Positions 30,362-41,264 of a DNA stretch of 64,000 nt are shown here, one piece after another; position 1 is the stretch's first letter; the number at the start of each line of letters is the position of its first letter. The notes below the pieces were generated by a model that made no database searches, was not told where the DNA came from, and saw nothing but the letters and a program-made list of their open reading frames with translations. The translations under genes and the position numbers were made by a program. Source of the stretch: Chthoniobacterales bacterium (lineage in GTDB: Bacteria; Verrucomicrobiota; Verrucomicrobiia; Chthoniobacterales; DYNR01); NCBI GenBank assembly GCA_026418675.1, contig JAOAAX010000003.1, positions 32,491 through 96,490 of the forward strand, in the 5' to 3' direction.

Positions 30362-31878
30362 GCCCGTTGGTTTTTCTCATATTGCTATTAATATTAACAT
30401 CAATTTTCTGTTATTTAAGTCCGGCTTCTGCACGTAGAACAGCATTTATGGGTTCTGCTCTACAGTTGATTCTTTTTTTGAGTTTGTTGCTTATTTATCT
30501 GTTCCGAGTAGAAGATGGAGCGGAAGTATTTTATGGTTGGAAATGGGAGTTGTTGCCAGAGTTAGGAGTAGTGATGGGATTAGGGATGGATGGTTTTTCA
30601 GCAATCATGCTCCTTTTGGCGACATTGGTTACGTTTGCGGCAGTTTGGGCCACACCTGCTCCTGAGAGATCTGTAGGTTTTTACTATGGGAATTTGTTCC
30701 TCATAGCAGCAGGTGTTGTTGGTGCATTTGCTTCGACTGATCTCCTGTTTTTCTACCTTTTCCATGAGTTGGCATTGATACCTACTTTTTTAATGATTGG
30801 GATTTGGGGAACAGGTGATAAACATCGGGTTGCGTGGAAAGTAACAATTTATCTTGCACTAGCAAGTTTTGTTTTGCTAATTGGAATTTTGGGACTTTAT
30901 ATTAATCTGCCGGAGATTTCCCGGACATTTGGAATGAGGGAGCTAGTTGATTTGGCGAACAGTGGAGTTTTACAAACTCCGGATTGGGTTTTTGTAATGC
31001 TGTTTTTGGGGTTTGGAGCGTTGGTTTCACTTTTTCCGTTTCATACATGGGCGCCTGGTGCGTATGCGTGCGCTCCTTCATCTGTAGCAATGCTGCATGC
31101 TGGGGTTTTGAAAAAGTTTGGGTTGTATGGTTTACTGCGGGTTGTTTTGCCAATTTTTCCGCATGAGATGCAAGAGTATGGGCATGTTCTTCTGATTTTA
31201 ATATTAGGGAATATTTTCTTTGTTGGATATGCGACAATGGCACAAAGGAGATTGGATTGGATGCTGGGCTATTCGAGTGTGATGCACATGGGGTATATCT
31301 TTTTAGGGATTGCAAGTGCTATGGTCCCTTTTGCTGGAGGGGGAGGGAGTTATTATTTAAATCCTTTAAGTTTAGGTGGTGCGGGCATACTTATGTTTGC
31401 TCATGGGATTTCGATTGCGATACTTTTTGCGCTTAGTGGGCAGTTGCGAAGAAGGACAGCCACCTTAGAATTTTCAGAACTTGGGGGAATGGGTAAGACG
31501 ATGCCCGCATTTGGTTTGTTGATGGGGATGGGGACGTTTGCTTCCATTGGGCTTCCAGGCTTTGCTAATTTTTCTGGAGAGTTGCTTGTCTTTTTTGGTG
31601 CATTTGGAAGTGGAGGAGCTCAATTTTTAAATTTTTACCAAATTGCTACTGCGATTGCAGTTTGGGGAGTTGTTGTGAGTGCAATCTATGGTTTACGTGC
31701 TTATCGTTGGACTTGCTTCGGTGAGACACCAGAAAGATGGGTTGGCTCTAATGAATTGGTCGATTTGAGAGGTCGAGAAAAATTTGCGATTTGGATATTA
31801 GTAGTTTTCTCACTTCTTGTTGGGTTCTGGCCTCAAGGATTTCTGAAACTATTGATTCCTGCATTACTTGCACAATGA
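30358..31878 (+). CDS. nuoM: NADH-quinone oxidoreductase subunit M
   Basis: FHELALIP, PFHTWAP, YSSVMHMG, GLPGFANFSGE; lies between nuoL and nuoN. Confidence 0.93.
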   Translation: MSPLVFLILLLILTSIFCYLSPASARRTAFMGSALQLILFLSLLLIYLFRVEDGAEVFYGWKWELLPELGVVMGLGMDGFSAIMLLLATLVTFAAVWATPAPERSVGFYYGNLFLIAAGVVGAFASTDLLFFYLFHELALIPTFLMIGIWGTGDKHRVAWKVTIYLALASFVLLIGILGLYINLPEISRTFGMRELVDLANSGVLQTPDWVFVMLFLGFGALVSLFPFHTWAPGAYACAPSSVAMLHAGVLKKFGLYGLLRVVLPIFPHEMQEYGHVLLILILGNIFFVGYATMAQRRLDWMLGYSSVMHMGYIFLGIASAMVPFAGGGGSYYLNPLSLGGAGILMFAHGISIAILFALSGQLRRRTATLEFSELGGMGKTMPAFGLLMGMGTFASIGLPGFANFSGELLVFFGAFGSGGAQFLNFYQIATAIAVWGVVVSAIYGLRAYRWTCFGETPERWVGSNELVDLRGREKFAIWILVVFSLLVGFWPQGFLKLLIPALLAQ

Positions 31879-33332
31879 ATCCGATTTTATTGGAAGCAGT
31901 CCTCGTTTGTTATGCTTTTCTTCTCCTTTTGGTTGAAGCATTTAACAGCAGGATGCCGCGTCGTTATTTTGGGTGGGCTGCTGTAGTTGGAACTACAGTT
32001 GTTTTTTTCATGACTTTTTTTGTGGATTCTTCGAAGATGAATCCTGAAGCTGGGTATTACGGGTTCTATGCAGCCGACACATTGGCAATCCTCTTCAAGC
32101 GTTTTATTTTGCTAGTTAGTGTTTGTGTTTTAATAATGGCGATAGAGTTTGCTCCAGTTTTAGTTCGTTACTTGCCTGTAGAAAAACCGGATGCTGGGAG
32201 TGGGGAGATGTATTCTTTGGTATTGTTTGCATGTGCTGGGATGATGTGGATGGCATCGGCTCAAAATTTCGTGATGATTTTTGTCTCTGTGGAGCTTGTG
32301 ACAATTACCTTTTATGTGATGGTTGCCATGATGAGAGGTAATCGAGCATCGCTTGAAGCAGGGATAAAGTTTTTAATTTTGGGAGCGATTGCGACTTCAC
32401 TTAATGTATATGGAATAGCATGGATATTTGGAACATTAGGGACAACTGAATTGCCAGAGATAGGGGCAATTTTGCAATCCATAGATTCAAGTTTGTTTCC
32501 GTCTTTGTTGTTTGGATTTGGTTTAATTTTTGCTGGGATAAGCTTTAAAGTAGCTGCATTTCCATTTCAGTTTTGGGTTCCGGATGTTTACCAGGGAGCT
32601 CCAACACCTGTGACAGCATTTCTTTCTGTTGGTTCCAAAGCTTCTGCGTTTGTTGTTTTGATGCGTGTTTTAGAAAGTATGTTAAGTAATTCTGAGCTAA
32701 GCTCCAAAATTCTGTTTATGTTGTCGTTAGTTGCTGGCGTTACGATTTTAATGGGGAACCTTTCTGCGATTCCTCAAACGAATTTTAAGCGTCTTTTAGC
32801 GTATTCCAGTATTGCGCATGCTGGTTATTTGCTGATGGGAGCAGCGAGTATTGTGTCAGGGAATTCTGGGCCGGCAATTGCTTATTATTTGATGGCTTAT
32901 TTGATTTCGAACATGTTAGCTTTTGGGGTATTGCTTGTTGTTGGTAAATCTACAGGTAGTGATGAGTTAGTTCATTTTAATGGGCTAGGAAAAAAATCTC
33001 CTTGGTTAGCTACAGCTCTTACCTTAGCAGTTCTAAGTTTAGCTGGTTTGCCATTTACAGTTGGTTTTTTTGGTAAGTTTTTTATTTTTTCCTCGGCTCT
33101 TCAGGCGCAGCAGTTTATATTAGTAGGAATTGGAATATTAGGAATCGGTTGTGGATTTTATTATTATCTTAAGGTGATACGGGCTATGTTTTGGTTGCCT
33201 GCGAGTAAAGAACAATCCATCTCTAGTCCGATTGAAATTTCTAAGCCTTATGCAGTTATGTTAATTTTACTATCAATATCACTAATTATTTTTGGAGTTT
33301 ATCCTGAACCTATCTTCAATTTAATCCCTTAA
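31875..33332 (+). CDS. nuoN: NADH-quinone oxidoreductase subunit N
   Basis: EAGIKF, FKVAAFPFQFWVPDVYQGAP, KRLLAYSSIAHAGY. ATG at 31875 overlaps the nuoM stop (ATGA). Confidence 0.95.
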   Translation: MNPILLEAVLVCYAFLLLLVEAFNSRMPRRYFGWAAVVGTTVVFFMTFFVDSSKMNPEAGYYGFYAADTLAILFKRFILLVSVCVLIMAIEFAPVLVRYLPVEKPDAGSGEMYSLVLFACAGMMWMASAQNFVMIFVSVELVTITFYVMVAMMRGNRASLEAGIKFLILGAIATSLNVYGIAWIFGTLGTTELPEIGAILQSIDSSLFPSLLFGFGLIFAGISFKVAAFPFQFWVPDVYQGAPTPVTAFLSVGSKASAFVVLMRVLESMLSNSELSSKILFMLSLVAGVTILMGNLSAIPQTNFKRLLAYSSIAHAGYLLMGAASIVSGNSGPAIAYYLMAYLISNMLAFGVLLVVGKSTGSDELVHFNGLGKKSPWLATALTLAVLSLAGLPFTVGFFGKFFIFSSALQAQQFILVGIGILGIGCGFYYYLKVIRAMFWLPASKEQSISSPIEISKPYAVMLILLSISLIIFGVYPEPIFNLIP

Positions 33333-33345
33333 ATATTTAATATAT

Positions 33346-33905
33346 ATAAATAGATTTATAATCTTTTATATTTTATTTATTATTTTAAAAAAGACAGGCT
33401 TTACTCAAAATCTTAGGGGTGTAAAAACAGAAAAGGGATACTTGGTTCTGGTTGTTGATGAGGAAAGCGCCAAAAGCTTTGGAACGTATTTGATTCCTAA
33501 GGAAGCGCAAATTATCTCTGAAAAAAAAGCGTTGTTTTTTTTGGTAATACGATAGAGGTAATTTTTCCAAATGTAAGTGATTTTGTTAAATATCCGAAGA
33601 AATGGAGTGATGAACAATTACTTGCCAGTTATTTTTTAATGAGACAACGTAAGTTGGCTGCAAGCACAAGAGATTCGGTGACAGTGTGTAATGAAAAAAG
33701 CTTTATGCTTAAGGGTGGAACCAAATATCGCTCAGCAACTTTTATATATTATAATCAGAAGGGATGTAAAATTGAGGAACAAGTTTATGGTCGTGTTCCG
33801 GGTGATAAATTTATGGTAGTGATTATTCAGAAAAGCGAAGCTTCGACTTTTATTGCAGAAAAAAAACTAGCCCAACAAATTTTACAATCTTTTCGTTACT
33901 TGTAG
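33346..33905 (+). pseudogene. Frameshifted hypothetical exported protein, split at an A8/T8 tract (33521-33542)
   Basis: Upstream frame INRFIIFYILFIILKKTGFTQNL...ALFFLVIR*; the -1 frame FGNTIEVIFP... continues into ORF 33639-33905. No ATG start. Confidence 0.55.
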
Positions 33906-33975
33906 TTAAGTAACGGAATCGTTAGTTGGGTAAGTTGGGATTAATTACAGATTTTGGACTAAGCCGTTGTTTATT

Positions 33976-34437
33976 TTAGGATGGTTTGAGTGATTTAAGG
34001 ATTTGCAAAGTTTTTGGGTCTGGTTGTCCTTGAAAGAAGGTTTGAAGAGCGGTTTGGAGTAGAGAGGAATGTTGAGGAGAAGCAACTTGTAAGAAGAGGG
34101 TAAGGGATGAGCGAAGTTTCAAAGCATCAATATGGCCAAAAATATTTTCTATAGGCAAATGGGAGTGTTTCAGCAAAGCTTCTACACATTGTAGATATCG
34201 TTTACCGAGAATTGGATGATTAAGAAACTCTTTGGCTTCCTCTAGGGAACGGATTGCAAACTTTTTTGACATTTCGCTAGAACCTAAGCCGTGGATTTGA
34301 GGAAAAATAAACCACATCCAGTGAGTGGTTTTCCTGCCGTTGGAAATTTCTGCAAATGCGTGTTCAAATACATTGTTTTGTGCAATGAGGAAACGGTCGA
34401 GATGAGTTTTGTGAAACTCGTGAGGTAGCTCTGGCAT
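33976..34437 (-). CDS. DUF1810 family protein
   Basis: LDRFLIAQ, GRKTTHWMWFIFPQIHGLGSS, HPILGKR, DALKLRSSLTLF. ATG at 34437. Confidence 0.88.
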   Translation of the reverse strand: MPELPHEFHKTHLDRFLIAQNNVFEHAFAEISNGRKTTHWMWFIFPQIHGLGSSEMSKKFAIRSLEEAKEFLNHPILGKRYLQCVEALLKHSHLPIENIFGHIDALKLRSSLTLFLQVASPQHSSLLQTALQTFFQGQPDPKTLQILKSLKPS

Positions 34438-34463
34438 TGCAGTCTTAGCATTGCAGTCTATGA

Positions 34464-36923
34464 TTACATCGTCACTGGGACTGGTTCGACTTTCCAAATG
34501 TCTTTTGCATATTCACGTATGGTTCGGTCACTTGAAAATTTGCCCATCCGGGCTGTATTTAAAATTGCCATTTTTGCCCAGCGAGAGCGATCTAGGAAAG
34601 CCGCATCAACTTTTTGTTGGGTGTCACTATAGGAGCGGAAATCAGCAAGAACTAGATAGGGATCGTGATAAACGAGATTGTCGCGAAGGGGGCGGAGAGT
34701 GCCTGGAGGATCGTTAGGGGTAAAGTAGTTTGATCCGACCCAGTCAACGACGGCACGAAGTTCTTCATCGGATCGGTAAAAAGCTTCTGGGTTGTAGCCA
34801 TTCCGGAGGATAAGATTTACTTCCTCAACGGTTAGCCCGAAGATGAAGATATTTTCTGGACCGACTTCATCGCGGATTTCGACATTAGCACCATCAAGTG
34901 TGCCGATTGTTATAGCGCCGTTTAGGGCGAGTTTCATATTGCCGGTTCCCGAGGCTTCTTTGCCGGCGGTGCTGATTTGTTCGGAAAGGTCGGCAGCAGG
35001 GATAATTCGTTGGGCTAGGGAGACCCTGTAGTTAGGCAGGAATGCGATTTTGATTTTATCTTCGATGCGTTTGTCTGCATTGATGCAAGCTGCAACAGAG
35101 TTGATGGCTTTGATAATTAGCTTAGCCATTTCGTAGCCTGGAGCAGCTTTAGCAGAGAAAATAAATACACGAGGGACGATTTGGAGATTAGGATTTTGGA
35201 GCAGGCGACGATAAAGTGCGAGGATATGCAAGAGGTTTAAATGTTGGCGCTTGTATTCGTGAAGACGCTTGATTTGGACGTCAAATAATGAGTTAGGATC
35301 AACGACAAGTCCGCATTCTTCCTTTATAATTTTTGCCAAATCAACTTTGTTGGCATGCTTCACGGCCATGAAGTCGTTTTGAAATTGAGGGTCGTCAGCC
35401 CATTGTTCCAGCGCGCGGAGACGTTCAAGGTCTTTGGGCCACGCATCGCCAATTTTAGAGGTGATTAGAGAACTAAGGCGTGGGTTGCAAGAAAGGAGCC
35501 AGCGGCGAGGAGTTATTCCGTTTGTTTTGTTGTTGATTTTGCCAGGATAAAGCTCATTGAATTCAGGGAAAAGTTGTGTTTTGAGGAGTCGAGTATGTAA
35601 CTCAGCTACTCCATTAACAGACATGCTGCCTACTACAGCTAAATGAGCCATGCGAACCATTTTAGGGTCGCCTTCTTCGATGAGAGAGAGCTTTCGAATT
35701 TTGTCAATATCACCTGGCCATTTTTGAGCGACTTGTTTAAGAAAACGGTCATTAATATCATAGATGATTTGCAAGTGTCGCGGGAGGACTTTATTCATTA
35801 ACCCTACGCTCCACTTTTCCAATGCCTCAGGGAGGAGCGTATGGTTGGTGTAAGCGAAGGTTCTAGTAGTGATGTCCCAGGCTTGATCCCATGGCAAACG
35901 ATATTCATCCACAAAAATTCGCATGAGTTCTGCAATTGCGATAGAGGGGTGTGTGTCATTGAGTTGAATAACAACTTTTTCTGGGAAAGCGTCCCAAGAA
36001 CGGTTATTTTTATGGAAGCGACGGATTATGTCTTTGAGGGAACAAGCTACAAAGAAGTATTGTTGGACGAGGCGCAGTTCTTTGCCGCTTTCAGTTGCAT
36101 CGTTAGGATAAAGGACTTTTGAAATTGTTTCGCTTGCGTTTTTTTCACGGACAGCTTCCTCGTAACCACCACGGTTAAAAGCTTGGAAATCAAAATCATG
36201 GGATGCGCGTGATTCCCATAAACGAAGGAAATTGGTCGTGTTTGTTTGGTATCCACCGATTAGGATGTCGTAAGGAATTCCAACAATTTTTTTTGTGTTA
36301 ACCCACCGTGGGACGGAATTTCCGCGGTCATCGAAGACTTGTTCAACGTGTCCGTATAGTTGAACTTCGGTTGTATATTCCGGACGAACAATTTCCCATG
36401 GAGTTCCATAAGTCATCCAAGCATCGGGTAACTCCACTTGATAACCGTTGTGAAATTCCTGTTTGAAGAGGCCATATTGGTAGTGAATACCATAGCCAAT
36501 AGCTGGGATGTCGAGAGTTGCCATTGAATCGAGGAAACAAGCGGCAAGGCGACCGAGACCGCCGTTTCCGAGCCCCATATCATATTCTTCATTTCGCAAT
36601 TCTTCGATATCGAGCCCTAATTCTTCTAGAGCTTGTTCAACTTCTTTGAGGACGCCAGCGCTGTAAAAATTATTCATAAATAAGCGCCCCATTAGAAATT
36701 CCAGCGAGAGATAATAAACACGACGCACATTTTGGAGAGTATGAACGGTTTGAGTAGCAATCATCCGTTCTACAAGGATGCTATGAACTGCTTTGCTTGT
36801 TGCAATCCACCAATCTCGCTTAGTAGCGGAAGCTGAGTCCCTTGCCAGTGCGATTTTTAATTGGCTCAAAATCAGAGCCATTAAACCTTCTTTGGATTTG
36901 TCGAGTGGTGGGGCATCTTTCAT
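34464..36923 (-). CDS. glgP: Glycogen/starch/alpha-glucan phosphorylase
   Basis: [41 protein letters not shown] site EASGTGNMK. Confidence 0.97.
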   Translation of the reverse strand: MKDAPPLDKSKEGLMALILSQLKIALARDSASATKRDWWIATSKAVHSILVERMIATQTVHTLQNVRRVYYLSLEFLMGRLFMNNFYSAGVLKEVEQALEELGLDIEELRNEEYDMGLGNGGLGRLAACFLDSMATLDIPAIGYGIHYQYGLFKQEFHNGYQVELPDAWMTYGTPWEIVRPEYTTEVQLYGHVEQVFDDRGNSVPRWVNTKKIVGIPYDILIGGYQTNTTNFLRLWESRASHDFDFQAFNRGGYEEAVREKNASETISKVLYPNDATESGKELRLVQQYFFVACSLKDIIRRFHKNNRSWDAFPEKVVIQLNDTHPSIAIAELMRIFVDEYRLPWDQAWDITTRTFAYTNHTLLPEALEKWSVGLMNKVLPRHLQIIYDINDRFLKQVAQKWPGDIDKIRKLSLIEEGDPKMVRMAHLAVVGSMSVNGVAELHTRLLKTQLFPEFNELYPGKINNKTNGITPRRWLLSCNPRLSSLITSKIGDAWPKDLERLRALEQWADDPQFQNDFMAVKHANKVDLAKIIKEECGLVVDPNSLFDVQIKRLHEYKRQHLNLLHILALYRRLLQNPNLQIVPRVFIFSAKAAPGYEMAKLIIKAINSVAACINADKRIEDKIKIAFLPNYRVSLAQRIIPAADLSEQISTAGKEASGTGNMKLALNGAITIGTLDGANVEIRDEVGPENIFIFGLTVEEVNLILRNGYNPEAFYRSDEELRAVVDWVGSNYFTPNDPPGTLRPLRDNLVYHDPYLVLADFRSYSDTQQKVDAAFLDRSRWAKMAILNTARMGKFSSDRTIREYAKDIWKVEPVPVTM

Positions 36924-37173
36924 ACTGAAAAAAGCTTACCTTTTGGTTTTTTTTTCGCGAGAGAAAAGATTTAATTAAGTTTTATTAAGCAAAAGGAGTA
37001 TAAAAAGGAGCTGGCAGTAGTTTCTGTAAATTAGGGAAAATTTCAGTAGGAATTCGATGTTGTTGTTTCTTTGGTGAGTTTTTCGTTTCGCTTTTATTAA
37101 AATAAGACTTTATTATACATAATACTAAAAGATTAATTTAATAAATATTATTATGGATATTAAAATAAAAAAA

Positions 37174-38364
37174 CTAAGTTATCGAGGGTAATCCGAGGAT
37201 TTTGCGAGCTGTATTTGTTTTTTTGATAGCATGATCCAAATTATATCCGAGAATGGTGAAGTGTCCCATTTTGCGTCCAGTCCTTGGTTGATCTTTCCCA
37301 TACAAGTGGAGCTTAAGACAAGGTTCATTAAGAAGTTCTATCCAGTTTGGACTTTTTTCCTGATGCCAAAAATCTCCTAGTAAGTTGACCATAACAGCAG
37401 GTCGGAATTGTTCGACAGACCCTGGAGGAAGATTGCAAATAGCGCGGATGTGTTGTTCAAACTGACTGCAGAAACAAGCGTCGAATGTAAAATGGCCGCT
37501 GTTGTGGGGTCTTGGAGCAAGCTCGTTGACAAGTAATTTTCCGGAAGGTTCGAGAAACATTTCAACAGTCAACAAGCCAACTACGCGGAGATGATGAGCA
37601 ATTTCTATGGCTAGATTTTCGGCTTTTTGAGCGATTTCTGGGGAGAAACGACCAGGGGAGATTGAAGTATCTAGGATATGGTTGCGATGCAAATTTTCGA
37701 TTGCACCAAATGCAACCGTTCGTCCGTCCTGCCAACGAGCACATATCACAGATAATTCGGCTGAAAAATCAATCCATCTCTCCAAAATACCTTTTTTCCC
37801 GCCCATTTTTTTCCAAGCCTCGACTGCATCGAATTCTTTTTCCAAACGAACTTGACCTTTTCCATCATATCCAAATTCAGAACTTTTGAGGCAGGCAGGA
37901 AAAGGGAAATCGTTTGCAGCAATGGATAATTCTGTCACGTTATTGAGGATTAGAAAATCTGCGCAGGGGAATCCATTGGACTTGAGAAAATTTTTTTCTT
38001 TTTCTCTATTTTGAGCTATTGCGAGGACGTCAGGTGATGGCGAAACTCGAACTCCTTTTTCAACTAGGTCACAAAGTGGTCGGGTTGAAATGTTTTCGAA
38101 TTCATAAGTGATGACATGACAACCCTGTGCGAATTTTTGGATTAGTTCTAGATCATCGAAATGTCCAATATAGGCTTCATCAGCGACTTGTGCTGCTGGA
38201 GCGTTTCTTTGAGGGTCAAAAATACGAACGTAGTAGCCTAATTTTTTTGCCTCGATTGCCAACATGCGACCAAGTTGGCCGCCGCCGATGATTCCGATAG
38301 TTGCTGGAGGGGGAATGGACAAGGTTGTATTGGGAGTTTTCGGAATGATTTGATTTGGATTCAT
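37174..38364 (-). CDS. purK: N5-carboxyaminoimidazole ribonucleotide synthase
   Basis: GGGQLGRM, TYEFENI, GYDGKGQ, NELAPRPHNSGH, HLYGK...RKMGH. Confidence 0.96.
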   Translation of the reverse strand: MNPNQIIPKTPNTTLSIPPPATIGIIGGGQLGRMLAIEAKKLGYYVRIFDPQRNAPAAQVADEAYIGHFDDLELIQKFAQGCHVITYEFENISTRPLCDLVEKGVRVSPSPDVLAIAQNREKEKNFLKSNGFPCADFLILNNVTELSIAANDFPFPACLKSSEFGYDGKGQVRLEKEFDAVEAWKKMGGKKGILERWIDFSAELSVICARWQDGRTVAFGAIENLHRNHILDTSISPGRFSPEIAQKAENLAIEIAHHLRVVGLLTVEMFLEPSGKLLVNELAPRPHNSGHFTFDACFCSQFEQHIRAICNLPPGSVEQFRPAVMVNLLGDFWHQEKSPNWIELLNEPCLKLHLYGKDQPRTGRKMGHFTILGYNLDHAIKKTNTARKILGLPSIT

Positions 38365-38377
38365 TTCACTAAAGAGA

Positions 38378-40285
38378 ATGGAAAGATTGATTTATTGGAT
38401 AGCATTGGTGTTGGTTAAAGTTTTGCAGATTTTGCCTGCAAGAGTTTGTGATCAGGTAGGGCAGGCTGTTGGCCTTTTGGCTTGGTGTATTATGCCTGGT
38501 TATCGTGGATTGGTTTGTCGAAATATGGAAGTTGCTTATGGAGAGCATAAAACCAGGAAGGAGATCAACAAGCTTTGCTTGGAACATTTTAGAGCTTTAG
38601 GGGCAAATCTAGCCGGAGCAGCGCATTTTTTTGGAGCAAAGGAGCAAGAGATACGATCTCATACACAACTGGAAGGCATTAATTTTTTGCTTGAAGCGCA
38701 TAGGAAAGGGCGAGGAGTTGTTCTAGCTATTAGCCATATTGGGAATTGGGAAATGTTTGCACAGGCGTGTTTTTATGTTCCTCAAGTAAGGTTCGGAACA
38801 ATCTATCAGCGAATCCATAATCGTTACCTTGACAACTGGTTAACTAGGATAAGGCAGAAAAGAGGGGTGAGGACCTTCGAACGCCGAAGCGGGCTTAATG
38901 AAGCGGTAAAATTTTTAAAAAGTGGGGGTGTTTTGGGGGTGTTAGTGGATCAGCATGCTGGAGACTCTGGATTATGGACTCCATTTTTTGGGAAACTTGC
39001 TTCTACATCCCCCTTAGCAGCTGTTCTAGCCACGCGGACTGGGGCTTCGGTTGTTCCTGTGGCAGTATTTCGCTCAGGGTGTGCATTTTGGCGGATTTGT
39101 GTGTGGCCAGAAATTCCGGCAAATTGTTCTGTTGAGGAATTAACAGCTAGAATAAATAGAGTTTTGGAAGAGCAGATTTTGGTCTCTCCTAGGGATTGGT
39201 TTTGGGTTCACAATCGGTGGAAGCTGCCACGGCCCCACTTCCTCCTGGCAAATGTTAAGCGGGGTATTTACTATTCTCCTTCAAAAAATTTTGAGAAATT
39301 GCAGAAACTAAGGATTTTGATACGGACGAGCAACTGGCTTGGGGATGCTGTGATGAATGTGCCTGCAGTGCGGGCAATTCGAATGGGGCGTCCGGATTTG
39401 CACATTACAATTTTATCTCCCGAAAAACTTGTTGAATTTTGGAAAGAAATTCAGGCGGGTGATGAGGTGTTGGGAATTCCTCAAAGTTGGGGAGCCTTAA
39501 GGACTGGAATTTACTTGAGAAGATATAAATACGATGTAGCTATCGTTTTCCCGAATTCATTTAGGACAGGGCTGGAAGTTTTTCTTGCGGGAATACCTAG
39601 GAGAGTTGGTTACCGTGGTTATTGGCGTTCTTGGTTCCTTAATCAAATTGTTCGTGAGAGGAAGGTGGAGGCTAGTTGTCGTCCCGAGCATCATTGTATG
39701 CGGTATTTAGAATTGGCCAAGCAACTTGGAGCACCCGAATTCCCGCTAGAGAGTTTAGTTCCAGAAAGTGTAAAAATAAGTGAGCTGTGGCTTGGGGTTT
39801 GTCCGGGTGCAGAGTATGGGCCCGCAAAACGTTGGCCTTTAGAGCGGTTCCGAAAAACTATGGAAATTTTGACGACTGAAATTGGATGTAGATGGAAAGT
39901 TTTTGGTCTTGAGAAAGACCGTTTGCTTGGCGAGGAGCTTGCCAAAGGCTTCCCAGGTGTTGTTGAAAATCTTTGTGGCAAAACAAGTCTCCAAGAATTG
40001 ATGAATCAAATCCGAACTGTTTGTCTTCTTTTGACAAATGACACGGGGACAATGCATTTAGCATCCCTATTAGGGGTGCCGGTTGTTGCAATTTTTGGTT
40101 CGACTTCACCGGAATTAACTGGACCCATTGGTGGAAAATGTCGAATTTTGAGGAAGAGAGTTGAATGTTCTCCGTGTTTTCGACGGGAGTGTCCGCTAGA
40201 TTTTCGTTGTATGACATCCCTTCACCCAGAGGAAGTAGCTATAGCAGTAAAAGAAATGATAAGTAGTTGTTCTGTTTTGGCTTGA
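38378..40285 (+). CDS. Fusion of lipid A late acyltransferase (LpxL/HtrB-like) and LPS heptosyltransferase II (WaaF, GT9)
   Basis: N-half SHIGNWE, LVDQH, WFWVHNRWK; C-half SNWLGDAVM, PGAEYGPAKRWP, TNDTGTMHLA, CSPCFRRECP. Confidence 0.88.
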   Translation: MERLIYWIALVLVKVLQILPARVCDQVGQAVGLLAWCIMPGYRGLVCRNMEVAYGEHKTRKEINKLCLEHFRALGANLAGAAHFFGAKEQEIRSHTQLEGINFLLEAHRKGRGVVLAISHIGNWEMFAQACFYVPQVRFGTIYQRIHNRYLDNWLTRIRQKRGVRTFERRSGLNEAVKFLKSGGVLGVLVDQHAGDSGLWTPFFGKLASTSPLAAVLATRTGASVVPVAVFRSGCAFWRICVWPEIPANCSVEELTARINRVLEEQILVSPRDWFWVHNRWKLPRPHFLLANVKRGIYYSPSKNFEKLQKLRILIRTSNWLGDAVMNVPAVRAIRMGRPDLHITILSPEKLVEFWKEIQAGDEVLGIPQSWGALRTGIYLRRYKYDVAIVFPNSFRTGLEVFLAGIPRRVGYRGYWRSWFLNQIVRERKVEASCRPEHHCMRYLELAKQLGAPEFPLESLVPESVKISELWLGVCPGAEYGPAKRWPLERFRKTMEILTTEIGCRWKVFGLEKDRLLGEELAKGFPGVVENLCGKTSLQELMNQIRTVCLLLTNDTGTMHLASLLGVPVVAIFGSTSPELTGPIGGKCRILRKRVECSPCFRRECPLDFRCMTSLHPEEVAIAVKEMISSCSVLA

Positions 40286-40390
40286 AGTTAATTTAGGATT
40301 TAGAAATTGACGGTTCTATTAAAAGTTACAATATAAGAGAAAAAATATTAAGCGCTAACTGCTGGCCAAACTAGAAACCGGGATCCAATT

Positions 40391-41209
40391 ATGTCAGAAC
40401 CGAAAAAAGAAACTGTCCGCATAGTTCTACCACCCAAAAAGGATAACAAGCCTGTTGTGGCCAATCCTCGAGAGACGGTAATGCTAAATTTACCACCTCG
40501 CCCCAAGTCGCCAACTCCACCGGGAGCTAAACCAGCAGTTCCGCAAGCGGCAAGTGCTCCTCCAACTCCTCCTCCCTCTGTTTCTGTTCCTGCTCCTCCA
40601 AAGCCGCCAGCTCCTCCCCCTGCTCCCCCTTCTCCTCCTGCTCCATCATCAGGTGTAACTTTAACTAAACCACCAGGAGTTCCACTTCCTCCATCGCCTC
40701 CTGTTCCGCCGAGTGCGAGTGTGCCCAAACCACCAAGTGTTCCTCCCCCTCCTCCGGGAATGCCCAAACCACCAGTGTCTCCTTCTGCACCGGTAACTGG
40801 TTCTGTGCCGTCACCACCGCCAGCTTCTGCAGAGTTGCCTAAGTCATCGGGAGCACCACCTGTTGCTCCCGCTCCTTCTACCCCTAAACCACCAGTAGCT
40901 CCACAACCTCCATCTGGCATTGCTCCACTACCTTTAAAGCCCGAGCCTAAAAAGGAGACTGCAAAGTTGCCTGAAGCTCCAGTGCCATCATCTGGTTTGC
41001 CACAGGCTTCTGTAAGTGCGCCAAAACCTCCCACTCCTCCTTCTGGGCTAAAGTCTTCTCCTCCACCAACTACTCCAGCAAAGGGGGCGGCTACAACTTC
41101 AACAGGTTTGCCTCTTGTTGCTCAAGTGGATAGCCCTGCGATGCCATTAATTGCCATGCTTATCTCTTTGGTGGCATTTGCAATTCAGCTTTGGATTTAT
41201 ATGACGTAA
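40391..41209 (+). CDS. Proline-rich protein with C-terminal membrane anchor
   Basis: P/S/A/K low-complexity body; motifs KKETVRI, RETVML, KKETAKL; C-terminal TM LIAMLISLVAFAIQLWIY. Confidence 0.85.
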   Translation: MSEPKKETVRIVLPPKKDNKPVVANPRETVMLNLPPRPKSPTPPGAKPAVPQAASAPPTPPPSVSVPAPPKPPAPPPAPPSPPAPSSGVTLTKPPGVPLPPSPPVPPSASVPKPPSVPPPPPGMPKPPVSPSAPVTGSVPSPPPASAELPKSSGAPPVAPAPSTPKPPVAPQPPSGIAPLPLKPEPKKETAKLPEAPVPSSGLPQASVSAPKPPTPPSGLKSSPPPTTPAKGAATTSTGLPLVAQVDSPAMPLIAMLISLVAFAIQLWIYMT

Positions 41210-41264
41210 TTTTATTAAGTTAAAAGCAAAATATTGTTTAAAGTACAAGTTAATCTAGAAATTT

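Noticed and set aside
31791-31874. N-terminal extension of nuoN in the ORF track
   Set aside because: It overlaps nuoM; the ATGA-coupled start at 31875 is more plausible.
33245-33266. TTATGTTAA resembling the XerD arm of dif
   Set aside because: It lies inside nuoN coding sequence and lacks a matching XerC arm at 6-bp spacing.
40348-41034. 228-aa Gly-rich ORF on the minus strand
   Set aside because: It is the antisense shadow of the Pro-rich + strand gene (CCN codons read as Gly). The + ORF has motifs, a TM and operon context.
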